DNA of 64,000 nt, from contig NSIL01000015.1 of the NCBI GenBank assembly GCA_002737365.1, positions 2,199 to 66,198 on the forward strand, given 5' to 3'. A program made the position numbers and the translations under genes. Positions 9,840 to 19,699 of this stretch are shown here, in pieces (within the stretch, counting starts at the first letter, position 1; every line of letters begins with the position of its first letter). The notes under the pieces are model-generated. The model saw only the letters and a list, made by a program, of their open reading frames with translations. It had not been told where the DNA came from and did not search any database. This stretch comes from Acidobacterium sp. (GTDB lineage: Bacteria > Acidobacteriota > Vicinamibacteria > Vicinamibacterales > UBA2999).

Positions 9840-11510
9840 CTACCGCTGCGCGGCGGTAGTGTTGGCGGTGCGCTTTTCAGCGGCCACCGCCGCGGCCACT
9901 TCGGCGAGCAGTTTCTGCGCGTCGTAAACAATCCCGTCCTTGACGGTGTACTTGACGCCGCCGACTTTCTCCTGGCGGTTGGTCAGTGGGTTCAGGCGCA
10001 TGTGGCCGGTGCCGTAAAGCGTCTTCAGGTTGCTCAGCGGGTTCTCGGTGGTGATCACGAGATCAGCCAGCATGCCGCTACGGACCACGCCCATCGGCGC
10101 GGCCTCGCCTCGCGGCTCATACAAGGTCTTGGCGCCCCACATGGTGGCCGAGCGGATGATCTCGAGCGGCGAGAATCCGGCCTCGCGCAAGAGCTCCATC
10201 TCTTCGATGTAGGCAAAGCCGTAGGTCTTCCAGATGAAGCCCGAGTCGGTGCCGACGGTGACGCGGCCGCCCATGTTCTTGTAGTCGTTCATCAGGCGCA
10301 TGTAGCGCTGGTAGAACATCTTCCAGTGGTACTCGTTCTCCGTCGTCCAGTCGTAGAAGTACGAGCCGTGGTTGTCGCGCGTGCTCTGGAAATAGTTCCA
10401 CAGCTGCGGCATGGTATAGGCTTGGTGCCAGTCGGCGTTGCGCGCGCGCATCAGGTCGCGCGAGGCGGCGTAGATGTTGAAGGTCGGGTCAAACGTGACC
10501 TTGTTCGCCTTCTGCTGCTCCAGGTAGGCAATCCATTCCTTCGAGCCGGGCTCGTAGGTCTGGTTCCAGATGCGGGCGATGTCGCCGAAGCGATCCTGCT
10601 CGTTGTTGTAGTCGTAGCCAATCGGATAGTCCTGAATGGTCTTGTCCTTCAGGAGCGATTCCAGGTGGCCGTAGTAGTGCGTGACGGTGTCGAGATGCGC
10701 GTTACCGGCATCGCGGGCGTTGAAGTTGGCGACGCCGTTCTGCGACAGGTGGGCGACGGTGCCCATCTTGTTCTTGTGAGCCTCATCGATGGCGGCGGTG
10801 ATGATCTCCGGCGTCTCGTCGCCGCGATTGAAGAACTTGATGCCGTCGATGTTGTTGGCAGCGGCCCAGCGTACCCACTCGCGGGCCTTCTCCGCCGAGG
10901 TCACCGGGCCGTTCGCCCACCCGGAGGCAAGTGTCTGGTAGTTGAAGATACGCGGCGCGGCAATCTCGTTCTTCGCCGAGCGGTTCTTCTCGGCGCTCGC
11001 CACCTCGGCGCCCGACAGCGAGACCCCGCGGACCGTGGTGACGCCGTGCGCCAGCCACAACTTGTAGGCATAGCTCAGGTCCGGAGCCTTGCCGCGCGTT
11101 GACCCGTGCACGTGCATGTCGACGAAGCCGGGCATCACGTACATGCCCTTGCCGTCGATCTCGTGATCGAAGTCGCGCGGTTCGCGATTCGCCGTCAACG
11201 CCATTCCCGGCCAGCCGGCCTGGCGCACCGCCGTGATCGTGTTGCCCTCAACGACGATGTCCATCGGGCTGAGGGGCGGACCGCCGGTACCGTCGATCAG
11301 CGTGACGCCGCGGATCACCATTTTCTTGAAGGGACCCACACCCTCACCCGGCTTGCGGGCGGGCGCGGGAGTGTCGCCACCGCCACGGCCGGCGCGCGGC
11401 GCCTGCGTCGCGGCGGCAGGCGCCTGCGCGAGCGAGGTCTCGCTGTAACCAGCTGCCACGGCCAGTGTCGCCAATACGGCGGCGGCATAGATGACTGTCT
11501 TTGGGATCAT
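9840..11510 (-). CDS. secreted amidohydrolase family protein
   Basis: MPGFVDMHVH, GTDSG, GMLADLV; signal peptide. Confidence 0.9.
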   Translation of the reverse strand: MIPKTVIYAAAVLATLAVAAGYSETSLAQAPAAATQAPRAGRGGGDTPAPARKPGEGVGPFKKMVIRGVTLIDGTGGPPLSPMDIVVEGNTITAVRQAGWPGMALTANREPRDFDHEIDGKGMYVMPGFVDMHVHGSTRGKAPDLSYAYKLWLAHGVTTVRGVSLSGAEVASAEKNRSAKNEIAAPRIFNYQTLASGWANGPVTSAEKAREWVRWAAANNIDGIKFFNRGDETPEIITAAIDEAHKNKMGTVAHLSQNGVANFNARDAGNAHLDTVTHYYGHLESLLKDKTIQDYPIGYDYNNEQDRFGDIARIWNQTYEPGSKEWIAYLEQQKANKVTFDPTFNIYAASRDLMRARNADWHQAYTMPQLWNYFQSTRDNHGSYFYDWTTENEYHWKMFYQRYMRLMNDYKNMGGRVTVGTDSGFIWKTYGFAYIEEMELLREAGFSPLEIIRSATMWGAKTLYEPRGEAAPMGVVRSGMLADLVITTENPLSNLKTLYGTGHMRLNPLTNRQEKVGGVKYTVKDGIVYDAQKLLAEVAAAVAAEKRTANTTAAQR

Positions 11511-11624
11511 CGCAATTCCTCGTGTCTGGCTTGAAACGGGTGCACGGTCGAACGCCCAGTATGTTACTTAATCAATCCAGGCTGGCGCGTTCTTATCGTA
11601 GCCTCGTCGCTGGACGCTTGGCGC

Positions 11625-11949
11625 ATGAGACCCAAACCGTCGATTCCTGAACCCATCGAAGAGCACCGCGGCCGACGCCGAGCGCTTCGTTGAACAGGTC
11701 GGGTTCGCCGCCTGCCTGACCGACTCGCGCAAGCCCGGACCGTCGCTCTACGTCGCCGTCCGTGGGCGCCGTGACGCGGTGATCAAGCGCGGCGCGGCAG
11801 GCAGAAGAGAAGGCCCGCATTAGTCTGGCGGCGCAGGCGCTGCTGAAGGTCCTGCGCAAGGAGTGGGAGATGGCGGTCGACGAACTGCAGGCAGCCATGA
11901 TCGTGATGCCGAGCGAGGGGCTCTACCTGCGGAAGTTCACGTCTATTAG
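11625..11949 (+). pseudogene. remnant of an AlkZ/YcaQ-related winged-helix protein gene
   Basis: Discontinuous, frameshifted segments [15 protein letters not shown] / [30 protein letters not shown] / [12 protein letters not shown] / [14 protein letters not shown]...KFT. Confidence 0.5.
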
Positions 11950-12869
11950 GAAGGCGGGGGGGCAACGGCGGCCCCTGCTGCCAGCTCGTGCACGCGGCCC
12001 AAACACTTGACTACCGCTTCGCCACCCGGATCATCGACCGGATTGACCGGCACGAACAGCGTCGTCGTCTCGCGTCGCGACAGGATGTTGTTGGCCACGA
12101 GCGCCCGCATCATCCAGACGGCGGACCGAACGTCCGCGCACTCCACGCCAAGCCAGCCGACACTTCGCGGAGCGGACACGGCCAGGCCCGTCCGCTGGTG
12201 AATCGCTACGGACATCGCGGCCAACGCCGTTTGATCGCCGCCAGCGAATCCCGGTGTGATGAGCGGCGCATCATCGGACAGGTCCGCTAGCATCCGGCCG
12301 ATGGCCGTCTGCTGGGATCGGGACATGTGCCCCATCCAGTAGTGGCAAGTCTTCGCGATCACGGTCACGACGTTCTTGATCTCTTGGTGAAGCTGGAAGC
12401 CAGGCGCGGCCGGCAGGTCGAGTGTGCGACCCTCAGATCGGGCCGAGACGTTCTCCATGACGATGGCGCGAAGCAGCCAGGCGGCCAGGCCCGCGTCACC
12501 GCAGTCGACGCGCACCCAGCCGGCATCCGGTGCCGGCCGCGCCGCGAGATGGGTGGTCAGCGTGATGCCGCGGCAGATCTCGGCGGTCACTTCATCGTAG
12601 CGGCCGGGCTGGGAAGCAACCTCGCTGGCTGACCCTGGTTCGAGCAGGCGGCCCTTGTGGGGCGGGCCACCCGCCATGGCGAGATCACAGAACGATCCCC
12701 AGATTAAGTCCCACGCCACGCGGCCATCGCTGCTGTATTTCAGCCCCGCCGATCCCATCGAGACCGGCTGCACGTCCTGGTAGGAATCCTGATACTGCGC
12801 CGGCAGGATCGCCCTGATCCGCGCGTCGAGCGCGGCCAGCGCGCTGCGGTCGTCCTCGCTGAGGGTCAC
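11946..12869 (-). CDS. conserved hypothetical protein with internal duplication
   Basis: 307 aa; motif [21 protein letters not shown]; two similar GWxxVxC...W..RA segments. Confidence 0.78.
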   Translation of the reverse strand: MTLSEDDRSALAALDARIRAILPAQYQDSYQDVQPVSMGSAGLKYSSDGRVAWDLIWGSFCDLAMAGGPPHKGRLLEPGSASEVASQPGRYDEVTAEICRGITLTTHLAARPAPDAGWVRVDCGDAGLAAWLLRAIVMENVSARSEGRTLDLPAAPGFQLHQEIKNVVTVIAKTCHYWMGHMSRSQQTAIGRMLADLSDDAPLITPGFAGGDQTALAAMSVAIHQRTGLAVSAPRSVGWLGVECADVRSAVWMMRALVANNILSRRETTTLFVPVNPVDDPGGEAVVKCLGRVHELAAGAAVAPPPS

Positions 12870-12924
12870 CGCTCCAGCGTAACGCGATTACGAATTTTTC
12901 AGCGGAAGATCAGAAAGTGCTGAC

Positions 12925-13581
12925 TCAGGGGTTGACGACGTCAACCACCCGTCGTTCGATTAGCAGTTCGCGCGCCGGCGGGATCAGCAACTGGCCGACG
13001 CGGCTCCAGAAAAACTCCTTCACCGTCGCCCAGTCATCAGGGCCTTCTCCCGGCAGCTTCGCCTCGCGTTCGGCATCGTCGAAGAACGTGAGTGCGCGCA
13101 GCAGCAGCGGCTCGTTGATCTCCTGCTGATAGACATGGCGCATGGCGGCGAGACATTCCGCGATACCAAGCGCGTGGCGGTGGAGGGTCACGTAGAGGTC
13201 GAAGAAGTCTCGGCGGGTACCCCGATCGAGGATCGCGTGCAACTTGGTGGCGAGTAAACCGGTGACGGAGAGACGGCGGTCGCTCACGAATGGCGACAGC
13301 ATCGCCAGGACGAAGATCGAAACATCGATGCCGTCGAACCGCAGGTGGACAGTGTCGACCGAACGCTCGGCGATTTCGACGCGACCGCGACGCTGAAGTT
13401 GCTGAACCAGATCGTCCAGATCGCCCGGGCTGGTGACACCGAAGTCGACATCGCGGCTGGGCCGGTACGGGCAGAAGCAGCGCACGGCTTGGCCGCCGAT
13501 CACGAACCAGTACGGCAAGTCAGCCACGGCGCGGCCGACTGGCAACGGCATGACATCGACCGGTGCGCGTGGACTCTCCAC
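12925..13581 (-). CDS. AbiEii/AbiGii-family nucleotidyltransferase toxin
   Basis: IGGQA, RPSRDVDF (GG...DxD), KLHAILDRGTRRDFFDLY. Confidence 0.88.
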   Translation of the reverse strand: MESPRAPVDVMPLPVGRAVADLPYWFVIGGQAVRCFCPYRPSRDVDFGVTSPGDLDDLVQQLQRRGRVEIAERSVDTVHLRFDGIDVSIFVLAMLSPFVSDRRLSVTGLLATKLHAILDRGTRRDFFDLYVTLHRHALGIAECLAAMRHVYQQEINEPLLLRALTFFDDAEREAKLPGEGPDDWATVKEFFWSRVGQLLIPPARELLIERRVVDVVNP

Positions 13582-14094
13582 CTAGATCCCCCGAGCCCGC
13601 AAGACGGCCTCGACCAGCCCGCGGCTCCTGGACCGGTATCCCGGCATGCGCGCGGCCTGATACAAGGCCAGCCACGGCAAGCCGGCAGCGAAGCTGGTCG
13701 CGGCCAGGTCGCCGTAGTTGAAACAGTAGAACGCCAGCTGGTGTGCCGGCACGTCGCTGTCGTCGGTCAAGTTGTATAACGCGTGGCGCACCGATGGCGG
13801 TAGACCGGCGACCGTGAATCGTGGCGGTGGGAGCGTCGACAACAACTTGTAGACCGATGCTCGCGAGGGTGGCGTGAGGCCCTTGTCCCGGCAGATTTCA
13901 GCAACTCCGGCGAGCAGTTCAGGCATGGCCGGCCGATCATAGCCTGCACACGCCTCGACCAATACGGCGAGGGTCCGAGCATCGATCCGTCGCGTGCCAC
14001 GGTCCGATCTGGGCCTCCGGCCTGCGGCCTTCGTGGCCCCCTTGAGGCGTTCCTCGGCCCTTTCGAGGCTGGCGACCAGGTTAAAAAAGGACAT
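13582..14094 (-). CDS. putative antitoxin / DNA-binding partner of the AbiEii toxin
   Basis: Stop abuts the toxin GTG start. Contains RRPRSDRG...PPSRASVYKLL, an HTH-like segment. Confidence 0.72.
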   Translation of the reverse strand: MSFFNLVASLERAEERLKGATKAAGRRPRSDRGTRRIDARTLAVLVEACAGYDRPAMPELLAGVAEICRDKGLTPPSRASVYKLLSTLPPPRFTVAGLPPSVRHALYNLTDDSDVPAHQLAFYCFNYGDLAATSFAAGLPWLALYQAARMPGYRSRSRGLVEAVLRARGI

Positions 14095-14105
14095 TAGCGG
14101 CATTA

Positions 14106-14111
14106 ATTATA
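14106..14111 (-). promoter_or_regulatory. perfect -10 element (TATAAT) for the TA operon
   Basis: ATTATA on the + strand in an AT-rich patch about 12 nt upstream of ATG 14094. No SD sequence, so the mRNA is probably near-leaderless. Confidence 0.55.
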
Positions 14112-14159
14112 GACGAAATAGCCATAAAATTGGACTCAGTCTGTGTATTCGACGCGTCG

Positions 14160-14440
14160 ACACAGAGAAGGCACTGCGCGAGTTGAAGGCCAAGGGCGTC
14201 ACCACCGTCGTCAACCTGCGCATGCCCTCGGAGATGGCGCAGATCGGTTTTGACGAAGTCGCCTGGCGCGCCAGCCATCTGTGGGGCGCCTACCTGATTC
14301 GCGACCGCAAGGTGCCGGTCGAGACCGCGCTATCGCAAACGCGCAAGATCAATTTGCGCGACGATGCGCCGTTCGGGGGACAGCAGCCGATCGAGGAGTT
14401 CCTGGGACGGACCATCCCCGAGCTGGCGCGTCCCAAGTAA
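14160..14440 (+). pseudogene. protein-tyrosine/dual-specificity phosphatase-like (DUF442-like) remnant
   Basis: ALRELKAKGVTTVVNLR...IGFDE is fused to VAWRASHLW. The catalytic HC of the HCxxxxR loop and the N-terminus are missing. Confidence 0.6.
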
Positions 14441-14479
14441 TTACGGTAGATTCCGCGCACCGGGCTCTTCTATGTGCAA

Positions 14480-14600
14480 GCGGGACGGCTGGGTGCGGGC
14501 TCGTGCAGCTGACGAGCGACGGACGCCTTGCGCTTCTACCAACGTCTCGGGTTCAAGGCCACGCACGTCGGCATAAAGCTGTCGCTGGCAGTGGACTGAC
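14480..14600 (+). pseudogene. GNAT acetyltransferase C-terminal remnant
   Basis: GCGLVQLTSD, then a frameshift, then DALRFYQRLGFKATHVGIKL. Confidence 0.6.
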
Positions 14601-14872
14601 ACGCCGTGTCGAGCTTTGCGACCTGCGGCCGTGAACTCACGGACAAAGCTGCCGCCGGATCCGGACGCGGCGGAGAAATGGACCGAGCTGATCGCGAATG
14701 GGTCCACGGTGGGACCCTCATGCCATTCGTAACTCGAGGCTCCCGGTGGGCGTGGTAATCGCCATGGTCGTGGTCGCCGCGCCGTAATATCATGCCAGCC
14801 TCACTCGTCGGCAACGGCCACGGGCTGGCGTTGCCGCGATCACCCGCCACCTGGCCAAGACTCGGAGCTGTC

Positions 14873-16579
14873 GTGAAATATCTATCTGCGTTCTTGATGC
14901 TGTCGGCCGTGGTCGTCGCCGGGCAGAATCCACCCACTCCGGCCACGCTCGTGCTGCGCAACGGCAAGATCGTCACCGTTGACGCCGCGATACCCGAAGC
15001 GCAGGCAATCGCTATCCGCGGCGATCGCATCGTCGCCGTCGGCACCAACCAGGCCATCCAGGCGTTCGTGGGTTCCGCCACGCAGGTCATCGACCTGCGC
15101 GGGCAGTTGGCCATCCCTGGGCTGGTCGAGAGCCACGGCCACTTCATGGGCCTCGGCCAGTCGAAGTTGACGCTCGATCTGATGGACGTCAAGGACTGGG
15201 ACGAGATTGTGGCGATGGTGGCGGCGGCCGCGACGCAGGCGAAGCCGGGCGAGTGGATTCTTGGCCGCGGCTGGCACCAGGAAAAGTGGGCCAGCACGCC
15301 GAAGCCGAACGTTGAAGGATTTCCTTTCCACGACGCGCTGAGCAAGGTGTCGCCGAATAACCCGGTAATGCTGACGCACGCCAGCGGCCATGCGACCTTC
15401 GTCAATGCGAAGGCCATGGAGGCCGCAAACCTGACGCGGACGACGGTCAATCCGAGTGGCGGCGAGATTCTGAAGGACGCCACCGGGCGGCCGATCGGGT
15501 TGCTCCGCGAAACCGCCTCGGGCATTGTCGGCCGCGCCTACGAACAATGGCGCTCGGCCAAGACCGCCGCGGAACGCGACGGCGATGCGCGCCGGCAGGT
15601 GCAGCTGGCGGTGCAGGCCAGCCTCGAAAAGGGCGTCACCTCATTCCAGGACGCCGGCTCGAGCTTCAGCACCATCGACCTGCTCAAGCAAGTGGCGTCA
15701 GAGGGTGGGCTCGGCATCCGGCTGTGGGTGATGGTGCGCGACAGCAACGACAACCTGCGCGCCAAGCTGGCGCAGTACCGGGCCGTGGGTCTCAACGACC
15801 ACCATCTGACCATTGCCGCGATCAAGGTCGTCGCCGACGGCGCGCTCGGGTCGCGCGGCGCCTGGCTGCTCGAGCCGTACAGCGATTCGCCGGCCAGCGT
15901 CGGCTTGCCGACAAACTCTCCAGAGAGCATTGCCCAGACCTCGCAAATCGCGCTTGAGCACGACCTGCAATTGTGCGTGCACGCAATTGGCGATCGGGCT
16001 AATCGCGAAGTGCTGAACGTCTACGAGCGGGCGTTCAAGTCGCGTCCGGATCAGAAGGACCTGCGCTGGCGCATCGAGCACGCGCAGCACATCAGCGCCG
16101 CCGACATCCCACGCTTCGGACGCCTGGGCGTGATCCCGGTGATGCAGGCCATTCATGCCACCTCGGATGCCCCGTACGTGCTGGCGCGCCTCGGCCACAG
16201 GCGCGCCGAAGAGGGCGCCTACGTCTGGCAGAAGCTGATGCAGAGCGGCGCGATCATCGCCAATGGCACCGACGTGCCGGTCGAGCGCATCGACCCGATG
16301 GCCAACTTCCACGCCACCATCACGCGCAAGACCCTGGACGGCTCGGTGTTCTTCGGTGATCAGAAGATGTCGCGTGCCGAAGCGCTGAAGTCGTATACGT
16401 GGAACGGCGCCTTCGCGGCGAAGGAAGAAACCCTGAAGGGGTCGCTCGTCGTCGGCAAGCTCGCTGACATCACGGTGCTGTCGAAAGACATCATGACCGT
16501 GGCGGAGGATGAAATTCCGTCAACGCAGGCGGTTTACACCATCGTCGGCGGCAAGATAGCGTATCGTCGTCAGCCGTAA
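14873..16579 (+). CDS. secreted amidohydrolase-3 (YtcJ-like) protein
   Basis: PGLVESHGH, ADGALGSRGA, HAIGDRA, RIEHAQ, GTDVP. Confidence 0.92.
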   Translation: MKYLSAFLMLSAVVVAGQNPPTPATLVLRNGKIVTVDAAIPEAQAIAIRGDRIVAVGTNQAIQAFVGSATQVIDLRGQLAIPGLVESHGHFMGLGQSKLTLDLMDVKDWDEIVAMVAAAATQAKPGEWILGRGWHQEKWASTPKPNVEGFPFHDALSKVSPNNPVMLTHASGHATFVNAKAMEAANLTRTTVNPSGGEILKDATGRPIGLLRETASGIVGRAYEQWRSAKTAAERDGDARRQVQLAVQASLEKGVTSFQDAGSSFSTIDLLKQVASEGGLGIRLWVMVRDSNDNLRAKLAQYRAVGLNDHHLTIAAIKVVADGALGSRGAWLLEPYSDSPASVGLPTNSPESIAQTSQIALEHDLQLCVHAIGDRANREVLNVYERAFKSRPDQKDLRWRIEHAQHISAADIPRFGRLGVIPVMQAIHATSDAPYVLARLGHRRAEEGAYVWQKLMQSGAIIANGTDVPVERIDPMANFHATITRKTLDGSVFFGDQKMSRAEALKSYTWNGAFAAKEETLKGSLVVGKLADITVLSKDIMTVAEDEIPSTQAVYTIVGGKIAYRRQP

Positions 16580-16608
16580 GGGTCATTGAGACCATTCAAG
16601 GAGTGCAC

Positions 16609-17181
16609 ATGAAACGCGTCTTCAGCCTGTCAGTCGCCTTCGTTCTCGCCGCCTCGGCGGCCTTCGCCCAGGCCCCGGCCGCGCCGGCGCCACAGAAGAT
16701 CTCGCTCGCCACCGGCCTGCAGCGCAGTTATGCCGGCATCAAGATGAACCTGACCGAGATGTCCACCAAGATGTCGGATGCTGACTATCTTTTCCAGCCG
16801 ACGAAGGACGTGCGGACGTTCGGCCAGCTGATGGGTCACGCCGCCAACGCGCAGTTCAACGCCTGCTCGGTCGCCAGGGGTGAGGCCAATCCCAATCAAG
16901 GTAACGACAACGAGAAGAAGGCGACCAAGGCGGAGTTCGTGAAGGCGCTGGCCGACTCGTTCGCGTACTGCGACGCCGCCTACGCGGCGCTCACCGATGC
17001 GAGCGCGGTCGAGTTTGTGAAGCAGGGCCAGAACGAAGTCGCGCGCGCCGTGCCGCTCGCCAACCTGGTCGGCCACAGCAACGAAGTCTACGGCACCGCC
17101 GTGCCGTACATGCGCCTCAAGGGCCTGGTGCCGCCCTCGACCGAGCGCGCCGCCGCGCCCGCACGCAAGCCCGGTCAGTAG
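16609..17181 (+). CDS. secreted DinB-family protein
   Basis: Signal peptide; FQPTKDVRTFGQLMGH, HSNEVYG...YMRLKGLVPPS; RBS AAGGAG. Confidence 0.85.
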   Translation: MKRVFSLSVAFVLAASAAFAQAPAAPAPQKISLATGLQRSYAGIKMNLTEMSTKMSDADYLFQPTKDVRTFGQLMGHAANAQFNACSVARGEANPNQGNDNEKKATKAEFVKALADSFAYCDAAYAALTDASAVEFVKQGQNEVARAVPLANLVGHSNEVYGTAVPYMRLKGLVPPSTERAAAPARKPGQ

Positions 17182-17313
17182 CATTCGCTGAAGTCATTCC
17201 GGTGTCGTGCAGGGCGCGTTGCTCAGGGCCAGCCGGATCAATCCTCCAGGCTGAACGAGACCTGCACGTTCAAGTTTCACTTTTTCGACTCCCGGCGGGT
17301 TAGGAGGCGGGCG

Positions 17314-18268
17314 ATGCGGACGCTTCTTTTCGTGGCCGTCGTCGTCGCCACCTCCACGCTGTCCGCCGCGGACAGCCGCGCGCCGTCACGGGAGCAGTTG
17401 CGGGGACAGCCACCTGAACAGATTCTCGCGGCGATGACGACCGGGCCTCACCTTGAAGTGGGCCTTCGGCTTTCCTGAGGGACGGCAGGCATTTGGCCAG
17501 CCGACCATCGTCGGCGGACGCATCTACGTCGGCTCGGACAACGGCTACGTCTACTCGCTCGACGCAGCGACCGGGTGTATCTACTGGTCGTTTCGCGCCA
17601 GGGCCGGCGTGCGCACCGCCATCACCGTGGCGCCGATCACGGCCGGTGCGGCGGTGTGGTCGGCACCCACCCTCGATCCGCAGCGCGGCCGCATCTACAT
17701 TTCCACCAGCAACGGCTACACCTACCCCGCCGTCGACACCACCGACGCGGTGATCGCGCTCGATCTCGCCTCGGGCAAGCGACTGTGGACAAGACAACTG
17801 ACGCCGAACGACGCCTACGTGATGGGCTGCGGTCCGAACGCCAAGTCGGAAACCTGTCCGCAGGAAACCGGCCCCGACTTCGCGGTCGGCACCTCTCCGA
17901 TCCTGCGCTCGCTGCCCGGCGGCCGTCGCGTACTTGCCGTCGGACAGAAGTCGGGTCTGGCGTGGGGCATCGACCCGGACGACGGCACGGTGATGTGGCA
18001 GCACCGGGTCGGCCAGGGCACGGCCCTGGGCGGCATCGAGTGGGGCGGCGCCGCCGACGATCGGCTCGTCTATTACCCCAACGCCGACGGCCTGCTCGGC
18101 ATGAAGGCGGCTGGTGGCCTGGCGGCGATTCGGCTCGGCACCGGTGAACGCGAGTGGTGCGCGCCGCCGATCGCGACCATTGCCGGCGGCATGGTGTTCA
18201 CCACTTCCGGCTATGGCAGCTTCGGCCAGATGGCGGGTAACGTCCTGCTGGCGTTTGGCGTGCAGTAA
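17314..18268 (+). pseudogene. PQQ-dependent (PVA dehydrogenase-like) beta-propeller gene with multiple internal deletions
   Basis: RBS AGGAGG and a signal peptide at 17314 that is out of frame with the ORF at 17453. PQQ repeats LKWAFGF, GAAVWSAPT, GQKSG, GGIEWG and GNVLLAF are present, but large intervening blocks are absent. Confidence 0.7.
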
Positions 18269-18280
18269 GCTGACAGGGTC

Positions 18281-18907
18281 TTGGCCGCTGATTACCTGAT
18301 CTGTACCGCCACCGACCTCGAAAGCACGTTGCTGCGTCAGCACGCCGATCCGGCGCGAGTCGAGATCGTGCGCATGGGCGTCGGCCCCGTGAACGCCGCG
18401 CACGCGGTAACGCTGGCGATCACACGCTCGCGACCCCACGCCATTCTGATCTGCGGCATCGGCGGCGCCTACCCCTCATCTGGCCTTCACCTCGGCGACG
18501 TCGCCTGCGCTGACAGCGAATGCTACGGTGACCTCGGCGCCGGCAGCCCTGCCGGGTTTCTCGACCTGCGGGCAATCGGCTTCCCGATCGTGGACGGCCC
18601 ACCGCCCATCTACAACGTGCTGCCGTTGCAGTTGTTTCCTTCGGCCAGGCGCGTGCCGTTCATCACGATGTCTACCTGCACCGGCACCGATGCAGCCGCG
18701 CGCGCGATCGAAGCGCGCACCGGTGGCGCGGTCGAGAACATGGAAGGCGCGGCGGTCGTCCATGTCGCCGCCATGCACGGCATCCCGGCCGGCGAGCTCC
18801 GCGGCATCAGCAACCTCGTCACCAATCGCGACACCACGGCGTGGCGCATCACAGATGCCGCCACCGCGGCACAGGAGGCTCTGCTCTCGTGGCTCGCCCA
18901 GCACTAG
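18281..18907 (+). CDS. mqnB: futalosine hydrolase
   Basis: GVGPVNAA, GIGGAY, STCTGT, ENMEGAA, ELRGISN (PNP/UDP fold); adjacent to mqnD. Confidence 0.9.
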   Translation: MAADYLICTATDLESTLLRQHADPARVEIVRMGVGPVNAAHAVTLAITRSRPHAILICGIGGAYPSSGLHLGDVACADSECYGDLGAGSPAGFLDLRAIGFPIVDGPPPIYNVLPLQLFPSARRVPFITMSTCTGTDAAARAIEARTGGAVENMEGAAVVHVAAMHGIPAGELRGISNLVTNRDTTAWRITDAATAAQEALLSWLAQH

Positions 18908-19698
18908 ACTTCGGATTTTCGTCCTGCCCCAATGACACGTTTGCCTTTCACGCGCTGGTCCACGGCGCGGTGCCGGGTCCGGCAGTCGTGCCGTTCATCG
19001 ATGACGTCGAAGCACTGAATGCGCGGGCGGAGCTGGGCCACGCCGAGGTCACCAAGATCTCGATTGCGGCGTACCCGCGCATCCGCAGCCGTTACGCTTT
19101 GCTACGCGCCGGTGGCGCGGCGGGATTCGGCGTCGGACCGATCGTCGTCGCGCGTTCCGCTCGTGACGCGGGCGGCCGCGTCGCCATCCCAGGTGAGCGG
19201 ACGACGGCAGCGTTGTTGCTGCGTCTGCTGGGCCAGTTTGAAACGGTCCCCATGCGCTTCGATCAGATCGAAGCCGCCGTGCTCCGCGGCGACGTCGACT
19301 GCGGTGTGTTGATCCACGAGGGGCGCTTCACCTACCAGGGCAAGGGCCTCACACTGGTGGCGGACCTCGGCTCGGTGTGGGAACTGCGGATGCAATGCCC
19401 GCTGCCGCTCGCGGCCATTGCGATTCGACGCGATCTGGTGGCGACGATGGCGGCATCGATTGATGCCGCCCTTCGCGCGAGCGTCGAGTATGCGTTCGCG
19501 CATCCTGAGGCGAGCCAGGCCTACGTCGCCGCACACGCCCAGGAGATGTCGCCCGACGTGGTGCGGCGGCACATCGAGCTGTACGTCAATCGCTACACCG
19601 TCGAGTTGGATGAACGGGCGGTGCAGGTCATGCTCGAATTCTGGCGGGCACAGGCGCCGCCTGGAATCACGCACGACACCTCTGCCATCTTCGCCTGA
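18889..19698 (+). CDS. mqnD: 1,4-dihydroxy-6-naphthoate synthase
   Basis: FSSCPNDTFAF, DVEALN, LIHEGRFTY, HIELYVN. Confidence 0.92.
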   Translation: MARPALDFGFSSCPNDTFAFHALVHGAVPGPAVVPFIDDVEALNARAELGHAEVTKISIAAYPRIRSRYALLRAGGAAGFGVGPIVVARSARDAGGRVAIPGERTTAALLLRLLGQFETVPMRFDQIEAAVLRGDVDCGVLIHEGRFTYQGKGLTLVADLGSVWELRMQCPLPLAAIAIRRDLVATMAASIDAALRASVEYAFAHPEASQAYVAAHAQEMSPDVVRRHIELYVNRYTVELDERAVQVMLEFWRAQAPPGITHDTSAIFA

Positions 19699-19699
19699 T

